A stretch of 64,000 nt of DNA from Spirochaetia bacterium. Lineage in GTDB: Bacteria > Spirochaetota > Spirochaetia > SZUA-6 > Bin103. Shown one piece after another: positions 40,443 to 50,006 of the stretch. The notes beneath the pieces were generated by a model. It saw nothing but the letters and a program-made list of their open reading frames with translations. It did no database searches and had not been told where the DNA came from. The stretch is taken from contig CBDBDQ010000005.1 of assembly GCA_965203905.1 (NCBI GenBank), positions 6,272,001 through 6,336,000 of the forward strand, in the 5' to 3' direction. How positions within the stretch are numbered: position 1 is the stretch's first letter; every line of letters starts with the position of its first letter. The position numbers were made by a program, and so were the translations under genes.

Positions 40443-41285
40443 ATGACACCACTGCGCCAGAGAATGATCGAAGACATGCGGGTGCGCAACCTGTCCCCGC
40501 ACACCATCGAGTACTACGTCCGCCAGGTCGCGTTGTTTGCGCGCTACTTCAACCGCTCTCCGGAACTGCTCGGGCTCGACGAAATACGAGCCTATCAACT
40601 GCATCTGGTGCAGGAGCGAAATCTGGGCTGGGGCAGCTTCAATCAGGCGGTCTGCGCTCTCCGCTTCCTGTACCTCAAGACCCTCGGCAAGGACTGGCAC
40701 ATCGAGTCCATCCCGTTCGCCAAGCAGCCCAAGAAGCTGCCGCTGGTCTTGAGCCAGGACCAGGTGCGCGCCGTACTCGATGCGATCACCAACCCGCAGC
40801 ACCGCGTCATTGCCATGACCCTGTATGCCGCCGGGCTGCGCGTTTCCGAGGCGGTCTCCCTGCGGATTACCGATATCGACAGCGAGCGGATGCTGCTGCA
40901 CGTCGTGCAAGGCAAGGGCCGCAAGGATCGTTTGGTGACCTTGGCGCCGCTCCTGCTGCACCACTTGCGCTGCCACTACCGACGCTATCGGCCCCGCCAC
41001 TGGCTGTTTCCCAGCAGGACCTATCGCGACCGCCACGTCACCAGGGATGCGGTGGCGCAGGCCATCGCCAAGGTGCGCCACGTCGTCGCCGGCAAGCCCG
41101 TATCCCCGCATACCTTGCGCCACTGTTTCGCCACCCACCTGCTGGAATCCGGCACCGATCTGCGCACCGTCCAGGCGCTGCTCGGACATGCCTCGATCAG
41201 GAGTACCGTGATCTATACCCACGTCACCCGCAAGCGCATCAGCGCAGTCGAGAGCCCACTGGAGTCGTTGCCACCGCTGCGCTGA
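40443..41285 (+). CDS. Tyrosine recombinase associated with an IS91-type transposase
   Basis: MTPLRQRMIEDM, AGLRVSE, GKGRKDR, HTLRHCFATHLLE, LGH, YTHV. Confidence 0.9.
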   Translation: MTPLRQRMIEDMRVRNLSPHTIEYYVRQVALFARYFNRSPELLGLDEIRAYQLHLVQERNLGWGSFNQAVCALRFLYLKTLGKDWHIESIPFAKQPKKLPLVLSQDQVRAVLDAITNPQHRVIAMTLYAAGLRVSEAVSLRITDIDSERMLLHVVQGKGRKDRLVTLAPLLLHHLRCHYRRYRPRHWLFPSRTYRDRHVTRDAVAQAIAKVRHVVAGKPVSPHTLRHCFATHLLESGTDLRTVQALLGHASIRSTVIYTHVTRKRISAVESPLESLPPLR

Positions 41286-41292
41286 GCGATCC

Positions 41293-42507
41293 GTGCACCA
41301 GCCACCCTTCGAGGTGGCCGACGTCATCCGTACCCTGGCCACTACCGACGGTCGCGTGCCAGGCTTGCGGGTGTCGCAGGCACAACAGCGCGTCATGCGC
41401 GACCTCACAGCCTGCCGTACTGCCAAGCTCGGCGGCCACGTCGATGCTTGCGACGCCTGTGGTGAACTACGCGTATCGTACAACTCCTGCCGCAATCGTC
41501 ACTGTCCGAAGTGCCAGGCGCAGCAGCGCGCCAAGTGGCTGGAGAAGCGCTGCCAAGATCTCCTGCCGGTCCCCTATTTCCACGTCGTCTTCACCCTGCC
41601 GGCGGAACTGGCGCCGCTGGCGCTGCAGAACCAACGCGAAATCTATGGCGCCCTGTTCGCTGCCACCGCCGCTACCCTCAGGACCATCGCCGCCGATCCC
41701 AAGCATCTCGGCGCTGACATCGGCTTCATCGCCGTGCTGCACACCTGGGGCCAAACGCTGCTGCACCATCCTCATATCCACTGCGTCATCCCCGGCGGTG
41801 GGTTGGCACCTGACGCGGCCACCTGGATATCCTGCCGCGACGATTTCTTCCTCCCGGTCCGAGTCCTCTCACAGCTGTTTCGCGGCAAGATGCTGGCGGC
41901 GCTCAAGCAACGCTTCGCTGCCGACCAGCTCCAGTTCCACGGTGCCCTTGCCGAGTTGGCTGATCCCGCTCGCTTCCGCGCACTGTGCCAGCAACTGCGC
42001 GCCAAGCAGTGGGTGGTGTATGCCAAGCCTCCCTTCGGCGGCCCCGAGCAGGTGCTGAAGTATCTCGCCCGCTACACCCATCGCGTCGCCATCGCCAACA
42101 GCAGAATCACCGCTGCTGACGCGGACTCGGTGAGCTTCCGCTACCGGGACTATGCCCGTGGCCGCCGGCACCGGATGATGAAACTTGATGCGGTCGAGTT
42201 TCTGCGTCGTTTCCTGCTGCACGTCCTGCCCGATCGCTTCGTCCGCATTCGTCACTACGGCTTTCTTGCCAATCGTGCACGCAAGGAAAAACTGCCGCTG
42301 TGCCGCTATCTGATTGCCCAAGCCTCCGGCCAGGACCTGATCACTGCACCTGATCTCTCAGTTTCTCTCGAACCTCCCGGCGACGATCACCAACGCTGTC
42401 CGGTGTGCCATGCAGGAACCATGCGCCGCATCCAGGACTTCTGCTCTCAACCCACCTGGGAGTATGAGTACCTGCCTGGTCGCCGCGCTCCCCCTGAGGC
42501 CGCATGA
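41293..42507 (+). CDS. IS91-family (HUH Y2) transposase with Zn-binding N-terminus
   Basis: YNSCRNRHCPKCQ, YFHVVFTLP, HPHIH, YLARYTHRVAI, RIRHYG. Confidence 0.9.
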   Translation: MHQPPFEVADVIRTLATTDGRVPGLRVSQAQQRVMRDLTACRTAKLGGHVDACDACGELRVSYNSCRNRHCPKCQAQQRAKWLEKRCQDLLPVPYFHVVFTLPAELAPLALQNQREIYGALFAATAATLRTIAADPKHLGADIGFIAVLHTWGQTLLHHPHIHCVIPGGGLAPDAATWISCRDDFFLPVRVLSQLFRGKMLAALKQRFAADQLQFHGALAELADPARFRALCQQLRAKQWVVYAKPPFGGPEQVLKYLARYTHRVAIANSRITAADADSVSFRYRDYARGRRHRMMKLDAVEFLRRFLLHVLPDRFVRIRHYGFLANRARKEKLPLCRYLIAQASGQDLITAPDLSVSLEPPGDDHQRCPVCHAGTMRRIQDFCSQPTWEYEYLPGRRAPPEAA

Positions 42508-42980
42508 CTCAATCTCCAGAACACCGTCGGTTCGATCTCATCACGCATCCCTTCGCGCCGCCGTGCCGTTGCTCCTGCGCACCCCTGCGCGGCGCCGGTC
42601 GCGATCTGCCCGTCAACCGCTCGTCGCCGCCTTGTCATGCGGCGCTGTCACCCAGCTCCCCGTTCTGCTCCGCGAGTTCCCGCCTGCCCGAGCACGCCCA
42701 GCACTCCGCCGCCACCGGAATACCGGCGTTCCAATCTCCATAGGCGCGCGGTTTAGTTCAATCAACCCTATCCGAACTGGCCCCGGCCACGGGGCAACGG
42801 CCAGCGCGCCAGCCGTTCACGCGGCCAGCTCGGATAGACTCCTTCTCATAATGTAAAGTGCGGGATTATGTGAAGTAGATGGCAGGACGGGTCCATTTGA
42901 TGGGCTCCAGGCAGCATTAGCGGGTAGTTGCGGTAGCCAGGACTTCGCATTATCGCGCTCCTTCAAGCAAGGAGGCATCC

Positions 42981-44210
42981 ATGCTTGAAGACCATCTCAA
43001 GTTGGCGAGCACTTGTCGCAGACTCCGTCGTGGGCCCGCGTGCGCGTATATAGACGGCTTCGCCGACTGGCTCCATGAGCGCGGCTATCAAGCCAAGTTT
43101 GTCCTGCGTACGTTGGCGGGATGGACCGACTGGCTCACCGCGAAATCGTTTACTGATGAGGCTTTCGTAGCCGGGTACGAGGCGTGCCGGAAGGAGTTGT
43201 CTGAGCGAGGCCGTGTCCGCTATCAGCGGGGACCCAACCGAAATTCACTGTGGGCCGCCACGGTGTTCATCCGGTTCTTGCGGGAGCAGGGCGTCGTGGC
43301 CGTCGAGCAGCGGCTGATTCTGAGCGAACGCTGGCCACTGCTGAAGCAGTTTCGGCAGTGGATGCTGCAACACCGAGGCGTGACACACAGCACCATGGAC
43401 GGCTACGAGCGCTACGTAGCCGATTTCATCGAGGCTCTGGGAGTTGTTCCGGCGCACTACAGCGCCGCTGCGGTGCGCGGCTTTGTGATCAAGCGCTGTG
43501 ACGGTCATAAGGTCAAAACGGCTCAGTCGATCACCACGGCGGTGCGTGCCTTCTTGCGGTTCCTCGCCGCCACCGGGCAGTGCTGCGACGGCCTGCGGCA
43601 CGCGGTGCCACGCTTCGCGTGCTACCAGCTCGCCGCCACGCCGCGGTTCCTTGAGCCTGAGGATCTGGAGAAGGTAGTCGCCAGTTGCACCGATGAGGAT
43701 GCAGTTGGGGCCAGAGATCGGGCGGTAGTCCTGCTGCTCGCTCGGCTAGGCCTGCGCGCCAGCGAGGTCGCCGAGCTGACCTTCGATGCGGTCGACTGGC
43801 AGCACGGGCGCATCGCCGTCTGCGGCAAGGGTCGGCGCCAACACTGGCTGCCGCTGCCGCAGCAGGTCGGCGACGCCATCGTCACCTATCTGCGCCGCGG
43901 ACGCCCGCCGTTGCCGGTGCCACAGGTGTTCATCTCGGCTGTGGCGCCGCGTCGCCCGATGACTCGACAAGCCGTGTCCGGTGTCGTGTGCAAAGCTCTC
44001 CGTCGCGCAGGCATCAAGGCGCCCCACCACGGTGCACATCTGCTGCGCCATTCGGCCGCCACCGCCATGCTGCGCAACGGGGTGTCCCTGGCCGGTATCG
44101 GCAGTGTCCTGAGGCACCGCTCCCCGCAGACCACCGCCCACTACGCCAAGATCGACTTCGAGCTGCTGGGCGAAATCGCCCAGCCGTGGCCGGAGGCACC
44201 ATCATGCTGA
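42981..44210 (+). CDS. RitA tyrosine recombinase
   Basis: LGLRASEV, GKG, HLLRHSAAT, LRHR...YAK. Confidence 0.9.
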   Translation: MLEDHLKLASTCRRLRRGPACAYIDGFADWLHERGYQAKFVLRTLAGWTDWLTAKSFTDEAFVAGYEACRKELSERGRVRYQRGPNRNSLWAATVFIRFLREQGVVAVEQRLILSERWPLLKQFRQWMLQHRGVTHSTMDGYERYVADFIEALGVVPAHYSAAAVRGFVIKRCDGHKVKTAQSITTAVRAFLRFLAATGQCCDGLRHAVPRFACYQLAATPRFLEPEDLEKVVASCTDEDAVGARDRAVVLLLARLGLRASEVAELTFDAVDWQHGRIAVCGKGRRQHWLPLPQQVGDAIVTYLRRGRPPLPVPQVFISAVAPRRPMTRQAVSGVVCKALRRAGIKAPHHGAHLLRHSAATAMLRNGVSLAGIGSVLRHRSPQTTAHYAKIDFELLGEIAQPWPEAPSC

Positions 44211-45115
44211 ACGACCACGTAGAGCGCTATCTCATGCTGCGGCGATCCCTCGGTTACAAGCTGCGGGACACAGCCCGCCATCTCCAGGCGTTCGCAGGTT
44301 TCGCCAGCGACAGGGGCGATACCCATGTCCGCGCCGCTACCGCCGTGGAGTGGGCAGCGCAGGCGTCCTCGCCGCTCATGCGCCATGTTCGACTCCATGA
44401 CGTCGTCCTGTTGGCCCGCTTCTTGTACGCCGAGGACGCGACCCACGAGATACCCCCAGCTCGCTACTTCCAGGTCCGTGTGGTGCGCCAGCCGCCCTAC
44501 ATCTACACGCCGGCTGAGATCGGCCAACTGCTGGTGGCGGCGCACCGTCTGCCCTGCTCCTACGCGCTGCGCCGGCCCGTCTATGCGACCCTGATCGGGC
44601 TCATCGCCGCCACCGGACTGCGGGTCTCGGAGGCGCTCGACCTACGCTTCGACGACCTGCTTCCCAACGCCGTTCTGCGCATCCGCCAAACCAAGTTCGC
44701 CAAGAGCCGACTGGTGCCGCTGCATGCGACCTCGGTCGACGCACTGACCGCGTACTTGCAGGAGCGGCAGCGCTTCGCCAGCGCCGACGACCATCTGTTC
44801 GTGTCAGCGAACCGCCGGCGCATCCCGACACCAATGGCCAGTACTACCTTCCAAAAAGTGATCCGGCTCGCAGGCATCGCTCCTGGCCGCCAGCGCCGCC
44901 CCCGACTGGCGGATCTGCGTCACACCTTTGCCACCAGATCCCTGCAACGCTGTGCGGTCCAGCGCGATTCGGTGGCGCGCCACTTGGTCGCGCTCTCCAC
45001 CTACCTCGGTCACGCTAGCCCCGCCTACACCTACTGGTACTTGGAGGCGACCCCGGAATTGATGGCCGACATCGCCACGGCCGGCGAGAACCTGGTTGCC
45101 GGGAGGTTGGCATGA
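44204..45115 (+). CDS. RitB tyrosine recombinase
   Basis: TGLRVSEA, TKFAKSR, DLRHTFA, STYLGH, TYWY. Confidence 0.9.
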   Translation: MLNDHVERYLMLRRSLGYKLRDTARHLQAFAGFASDRGDTHVRAATAVEWAAQASSPLMRHVRLHDVVLLARFLYAEDATHEIPPARYFQVRVVRQPPYIYTPAEIGQLLVAAHRLPCSYALRRPVYATLIGLIAATGLRVSEALDLRFDDLLPNAVLRIRQTKFAKSRLVPLHATSVDALTAYLQERQRFASADDHLFVSANRRRIPTPMASTTFQKVIRLAGIAPGRQRRPRLADLRHTFATRSLQRCAVQRDSVARHLVALSTYLGHASPAYTYWYLEATPELMADIATAGENLVAGRLA

Positions 45116-46104
45116 CTCCCATCGCACCCCTGATCACCCACTTCCTGCGCGACTACCTCCCTGTGGAGCGCGGCTATAGCCCGCATACCTGCGAGAGCTA
45201 CGCCTATGCCTTCCGTCTGTTGTTCACCTTTGCCGCCGAACGCCTCGGCGTCAGACCGTCGGCGCTTCACCTTGAACATCTCGACGCACCGCTCATCGTC
45301 GCTTTCCTGACCCACTTCGAGGTGGATCGTGGTGGCAGCCCCGCCAGCCGCAACGTCCGCCTGGCAGCAGTGAAAGCCTTCATGCGCTATGTCGAGTTCC
45401 GCCACCCGGCGGCACTGGAGCAAGCCAGGCAGATCCTCGCCATCCCCTCCAAGCGCCATGATCAGCCGCTCGTCCGCCACCTCACCATGGACCAGATCAA
45501 CGCGATTCTGGACGCTCCCGATACCTCCACCCGGTTCGGCATCCGCGACCGCGCCATGCTCCATCTGTGTTTCGCCGCTGCGCTGCGCGTGTCCGAACTG
45601 GTGACGGCGCAGGTAGCAGATCTGTCGCTGCGCGGAACTGCGAGTATCCGAGTCCTTGGCAAGGGCCGCCGTGAGCGCTGTCTCCCGCTGTGGAAGCAGA
45701 CCACCGCTGACCTGCGCGCTTGGCTCGCCGTGCGCGGAGAGGTTTCCACGCCTGAGCTGTTTCTGAACGCTACCGACAGGCCGATGGGTCGCGCCGGGTT
45801 CAAGCACCTCCTGAACAAGCATGTGCGCGCTGCCGTAGCGGACTGCCCCTCGCTGGCCGGACGCTCGATCTCGCCTCACCAGCTCCGCCACAGCTGCGCC
45901 GTCATCATGCTCCAGGCTACCGGTGATATCCGCAAGGTGGCACTGTGGTTGGGGCATGCCGATGTGCGCACCACCGAAGTCTATCTACGCGTCGATCCCA
46001 CCGAGAAGTTGGAGGCCGTCGAAGCCGTGCTGCCACCGGAACTGCGTCGCGGTCGTTTCAAAGCCCCGGACGCTCTGATCGCCGCGCTCCTGGACCCGAG
46101 ATAA
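45112..46104 (+). CDS. RitC tyrosine recombinase
   Basis: LRVSEL, GKGRRER, PHQLRHS, WLGHAD..TTEVY. Confidence 0.9.
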   Translation: MTPIAPLITHFLRDYLPVERGYSPHTCESYAYAFRLLFTFAAERLGVRPSALHLEHLDAPLIVAFLTHFEVDRGGSPASRNVRLAAVKAFMRYVEFRHPAALEQARQILAIPSKRHDQPLVRHLTMDQINAILDAPDTSTRFGIRDRAMLHLCFAAALRVSELVTAQVADLSLRGTASIRVLGKGRRERCLPLWKQTTADLRAWLAVRGEVSTPELFLNATDRPMGRAGFKHLLNKHVRAAVADCPSLAGRSISPHQLRHSCAVIMLQATGDIRKVALWLGHADVRTTEVYLRVDPTEKLEAVEAVLPPELRRGRFKAPDALIAALLDPR

Positions 46105-46185
46105 TGTGCAGCGATCTTGGACACAACTTACTTTCCTGGCAGGAGTTAAGTAGCGCTACTTTACATAATCCCGCACTTCACATTA

Positions 46186-47451
46186 CAAGACCAGGTTCCC
46201 CGGCTCCGCGCCGCCGCCCACCGCGACCGGAACGATGTGGTCCATCTCGAGGCAGAAGCGCGAGCCGCAGCGCCGCCCGCTGTCCCGGTCGACGAAGGTG
46301 CAGCAGCCCTGGTCGCGCCGCCAAACCTCTCGTTTCACCGCAGCCGGAATCGATCTGCCCGACGATCTGGCGGACTTCTCCACCGAAGTCGGCTCCCCTG
46401 CGCCGCCGGTCCTCCGTTCCGGTGTCGAACTACCGGTTGCCACGCGGGACTTCGCCGCCGAAGTCGGCTCCGCCGATCCTGCGCCCCCCGTGCTCCGCTC
46501 CGAAGTCGAATCGCCGGCTGCCACGCGCGGCTTCGCCGCCGAAGGGGACACCGCCGCCGCCGCGGACTTCCCGGGCCGGTCCGGGTTCTCCGCCGCCGCC
46601 GCGACGCGATCTGCCGTCTCCCGCCCCGCTGTCCCGGACGGACGCTCGTCACTGATAGAGTCTGACTTCCGCTTCCGGCGGCGCGGCCGGCTCGGATCGT
46701 AGCGCTCCAGTCCCTCCCGCACCAGCCGCCCGACGAGTTGCCCGACCGTCAGGTGCGGATCCACGTGCGACAGCAGCTCCCGCAGCTGCTGCAGTCCACG
46801 CTGGCACTCGGCGTCGATCACCGCCTTCAGCTCCCAGCGCCCGTCCCCCAGCGCGCGCAGCCGCTCGGCCGGCGCCGCCGCCTCGGGATCCACCTCCGCC
46901 AGCATCTGCTGCACCTGCCGCGTGCTCTTGCCCACCGCCTGCTCCACCAGCTGCTGCCGGGCGTGCGCATCCAGCACCGGCGATGGCGCACCCTGCGCCT
47001 CGCCCGCCGGCGCGGATGGAGCCGAGCCGACACGCGGCGCGGCGCTGGTGCCGGCTCCCGGCGATCCGGTGGCGGCCCGTCCGCCTGCGCTGCGGTCCCA
47101 GCGCTCGAAGGAGTTCTGCAACAGGGCCGCGTTGCTCAGGTTCAGCGAGCCGTCCTGCAGCCACGCGCGCACCCCGCGGGTCTCGCGGCACAGGCGCATG
47201 GCCTTGATACGCCGCCAAGCGGCTGCCTCGGTATAGTGCAGCTCGCGCACGGTGTAGTCGAACAAGCTGGAGTAGCCGAGGCGCAGGTACAGGCGCCGCG
47301 CCTCGATTTCGCGCAGGTGGTCGAGGACGCTGAGCTGCAGCGCCTGCTCGTGGCGGGCGAGCATTCTGGTCCGCTCCAGCAGCACCTGGTCGGGGAGCAC
47401 GGCGACCGTGGAGAGGAGCTCTTCGGAGGCTGCTTCGGTCACGTTCGTCAT
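46186..47451 (-). pseudogene. DUF222-like HNH endonuclease, copy 1, interrupted inside the HNH motif
   Basis: GYSSLFDY..RELHY.E.AAWRRI N-domain; VWRRDQGCC...DHIVP..GG...GNLV, then the RIT end; C-terminus found at 40157-40234. Confidence 0.85.
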
Positions 47452-47680
47452 GGCGTAAATATACTACTGAATTGAAAATGCCTCGAACTTACAGGTCTCG
47501 GACAGGCGTCGGAGATGGCTCAGGACGGGCGTAGCAGGGCGCTATCGAGCCAGCGGGCGCGAAGTGTTCTCTAGAAAGTCGGAAGCGCCGCTACGGCCCG
47601 TAGAGGGCCGTCATGAGCGCATCAGAATGCGTCAAGTGTTTTCTTGCGAATTTTGGGGTTTTTTGGATCGTCAGCCGGCA

Positions 47681-48055
47681 GCATCGGCCGGGACATCTGC
47701 CGCACCGCCGCCTGCTGCGATGCCGTCAGAGCCGCCTCGACGTTCACGGCAAAGACCTCCCGCCACGTCTTTCAACGAGACGGCCGACACCCACACCTCC
47801 GGCGCCAGATCCACGACGTCGCCCATGTTCTCGACGACGCCCACCGCTACAGCAAGCAGCAGTGCTACGACCTCCAGGGCGAGATCAACTACTTCACGGC
47901 CAACCAGCAGCGCATGGACTACCCGCTGTATCGGTCGTGCGGTCTGCCGATCGGCAGCGGGGTCAGTCGAGGGGGCCTGCAAGAAACGTGGTCGCCAATC
48001 CACCCAGACCCAGATCGAGGCTCACTGACCGCTACCACAGTGACGGATTGCACCC
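47681..48055 (+). pseudogene. ISKra4-family transposase 3' remnant with right IR
   Basis: INYFTANQQRMDYPLYRSCGLPIGSG / VEGACK, frameshifted and deleted. Confidence 0.75.
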
Positions 48056-48071
48056 GAGGCAATGTGTGATC

Positions 48072-49965
48072 CCAGGTGCCTCATCGAAAAATCCACTCGA
48101 GATGAAGCCGATGACTCATCCAAATATCCACTCAAAGCAGGTGGCGGTAAAGGGGGGTGGGGGTGCGGGGGCGGGGGGTGTCCTGACCTGTGGATATGTG
48201 GACAAGTCGGTACTTTGAGATGACCGGTGGAAAGCCACCGTGGACGGCGCGTAGCAGTCGACGCGGGCCTTTGTAGCGGTATTCTGAACGGGCGTTCCAT
48301 TCTCAGTGCTTCCAGAAACACTGTGTCCAAAACGTGCCGGTCCTGGGACACCCCCGGAGTCCGGCCCGTAGCGGCTTGGCACGCGGCGTTGGTCTGGCCC
48401 TGGCGGCGCCGCGGCGCGCACTCTGGCCACGGCGCGAGGCACCTCGCAGCGGGTGGTGCAGCGCGTGCCTGAGGTGCAAGCCACCCATGGTCCCGTGGTG
48501 CGGGCTGGATCGCGTACTCGCAACTTGATCGTGCCACCAGCGCAGCAACCGCGCCGTTGGCAGGCGGCTGGCCCGCTGAGCGCCCGCGGTGTGCAGCAGG
48601 TGTGGCCCACGACGATAAGCATCCCTATCAGCCGGCCTTCTTCAGCGCCGTGGAGTGCTGTGCAGCCAAGCGCAGCAAGCGGCGTTGCAGGTGCACGATC
48701 TGATCATTCACGGCGATCGGGTCGAGCGCCGCGAACTGCTGCCGCAGGCGCTGCTTGGCCGCCTCGGGTACCTCGGCACAGGCCAGTACCCGCTGATACG
48801 GAGTCTGCGGGCGATCATAGCGCCGCCTGACCCGTGCCCCATGGCGGGTCTTCTCGATCAGCTTCGCGCACGGGCGCACGAAGTTGACCATCAGCCGCAG
48901 CCGGTCATACAGTTCGTTGAGCAGTGCGACCGCCTCGGGAGTGTCGTAGCGGACGTAGCCGACATGCTTGCGCACCACGTCGAAGTTCTTCTGCTCGGTG
49001 AAATTGTTGTCGTTCTTGCGATACGCGCGCCCACGCGTGAAGTCGATCTGCTGCTCCTCGCAGTAACGGACCAGATGAGCATTTATGAACTCGCTGCCGT
49101 TATCCGAATGCACCGCCAACAGCTCGAAGGGGAGCAGGTGGCGCACTACCAGGAGTTGCTGGAACACCCATTTCTGGGCCTTGTTGGGCACCGCGCGGAA
49201 CTCCGTCCACTGGGTGCGGCGGTCCGTGGCCAGCAGCGTGTAGGCAAACTCACCGCTCGTGGTGCCGCCGTCGTGGCCGACCAGATCAAGACCCAGGGTG
49301 CCGAGCGCGACACCCTCCCACTCGCTGAAGGTACGGATCGGGATCTGCAGCATCAGGCTGCCGGTGGGCCGCTTGGTGTGACTGTGCCCGCGCAGCGTCA
49401 GCTTGCGTTTCTCGGTGCGCAGCAGCCGGTCGATGGTTGCCGGGCTGATGCGCACCAGCTTGGCGCGCACCTCGGGGGTGAGCGCGATCTTGCGCTTGCT
49501 GCGTGCCTCCCAACGCTCGTAGTTCGGTAACCACAGGCGCAGGGTAGCCGCCAAGCGTTTGCCACACAGGTAGCCGAAATGGTGCCATAGCTTGATCAGA
49601 GCGGCGACCACCTCCTGATCGTAGACGCGTGGCGTACGCCGCCGTGCACGGCGCTGACCGACCACGATCTTGACCGGCCGCCCGCCGCGCTGATCCCACA
49701 CGCTGGTACCCCAGCAGCGCAGCAGCCAAGCGGCATGGTGGCGGGTGCAGCCGGTCAGATCCATGTACTCCTTGATGAGCTGTCCCTTCTCCTTCTTCGA
49801 TGCCTTCCGATAGCGTCTCGCCTTCTCCCGAGCGACCCCTTTCTGCTCATTCATGGTGAGCCCCATCTCCTCCGACCTCCGGCCCTACAATGGCCAAGTC
49901 GTTCGAGTGGATTTTTCGATGAGGCATCAGTTTCCGTTCGAGTGGATTTTGAGTGAGGCAATTCG
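48072..49965 (-). mobile_element. ISNCY-like IS (rve-type DDE) with repeated subterminal motifs
   Basis: Ends CCAGGTGCCTCA / TGAGGCAATTCG; motif TGCCTCATCGAAAAATCCACTCGA in two copies per end; TGATC duplication at 48067-48071 and 49966-49970. Confidence 0.75.
48628..49866 (-). CDS. DDE (integrase-core) transposase
   Basis: RYRKASKKEKG, ISPATIDRLL, DLVGHDG, HSDNGSEFIN, KNDNNFTEQKN, TPYQR. Confidence 0.9.
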   Translation of the reverse strand: MGLTMNEQKGVAREKARRYRKASKKEKGQLIKEYMDLTGCTRHHAAWLLRCWGTSVWDQRGGRPVKIVVGQRRARRRTPRVYDQEVVAALIKLWHHFGYLCGKRLAATLRLWLPNYERWEARSKRKIALTPEVRAKLVRISPATIDRLLRTEKRKLTLRGHSHTKRPTGSLMLQIPIRTFSEWEGVALGTLGLDLVGHDGGTTSGEFAYTLLATDRRTQWTEFRAVPNKAQKWVFQQLLVVRHLLPFELLAVHSDNGSEFINAHLVRYCEEQQIDFTRGRAYRKNDNNFTEQKNFDVVRKHVGYVRYDTPEAVALLNELYDRLRLMVNFVRPCAKLIEKTRHGARVRRRYDRPQTPYQRVLACAEVPEAAKQRLRQQFAALDPIAVNDQIVHLQRRLLRLAAQHSTALKKAG

Positions 49966-50006
49966 TGATCTTGTAAGTTTCGGATCAAACTGATACGGTA
50001 GGTGAC

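Larger units (their letters stand above)
42849..46185 (+). mobile_element. RIT element (recombinases in trio)
   Basis: Three overlapping tyrosine recombinases; 30-bp TIRs TAATGTAAAGTGCGGGATTATGTGAAGTAG / CTACTTTACATAATCCCGCACTTCACATTA (28/30 match). Confidence 0.9.
39917..48055 (+). mobile_element. Composite unit bounded by ISKra4-like ends
   Basis: Left IR GGGTGCATTC..TGTGG at 39917; right IR CCACAGTGACGGATTGCACCC ending at 48055; 9-bp direct repeat GAGGCAATG at 39908-39916 and 48056-48064. Confidence 0.7.

Noticed and set aside
42504-42743. 79-aa ORF after the IS91 transposase
   Set aside because: Low-complexity, no motif; more likely non-coding element end.
42768-42837. Integron attC site
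   Set aside because: A hairpin is present but there is no clear RYYYAAC/GTTRRRY pair, no cassette array, and the nearby recombinase lacks an evident IntI insertion.
46374-46545. CRISPR-like array
   Set aside because: The repeats are short and lie inside a CDS, the intervening sequences are similar to each other, and no cas genes are present.
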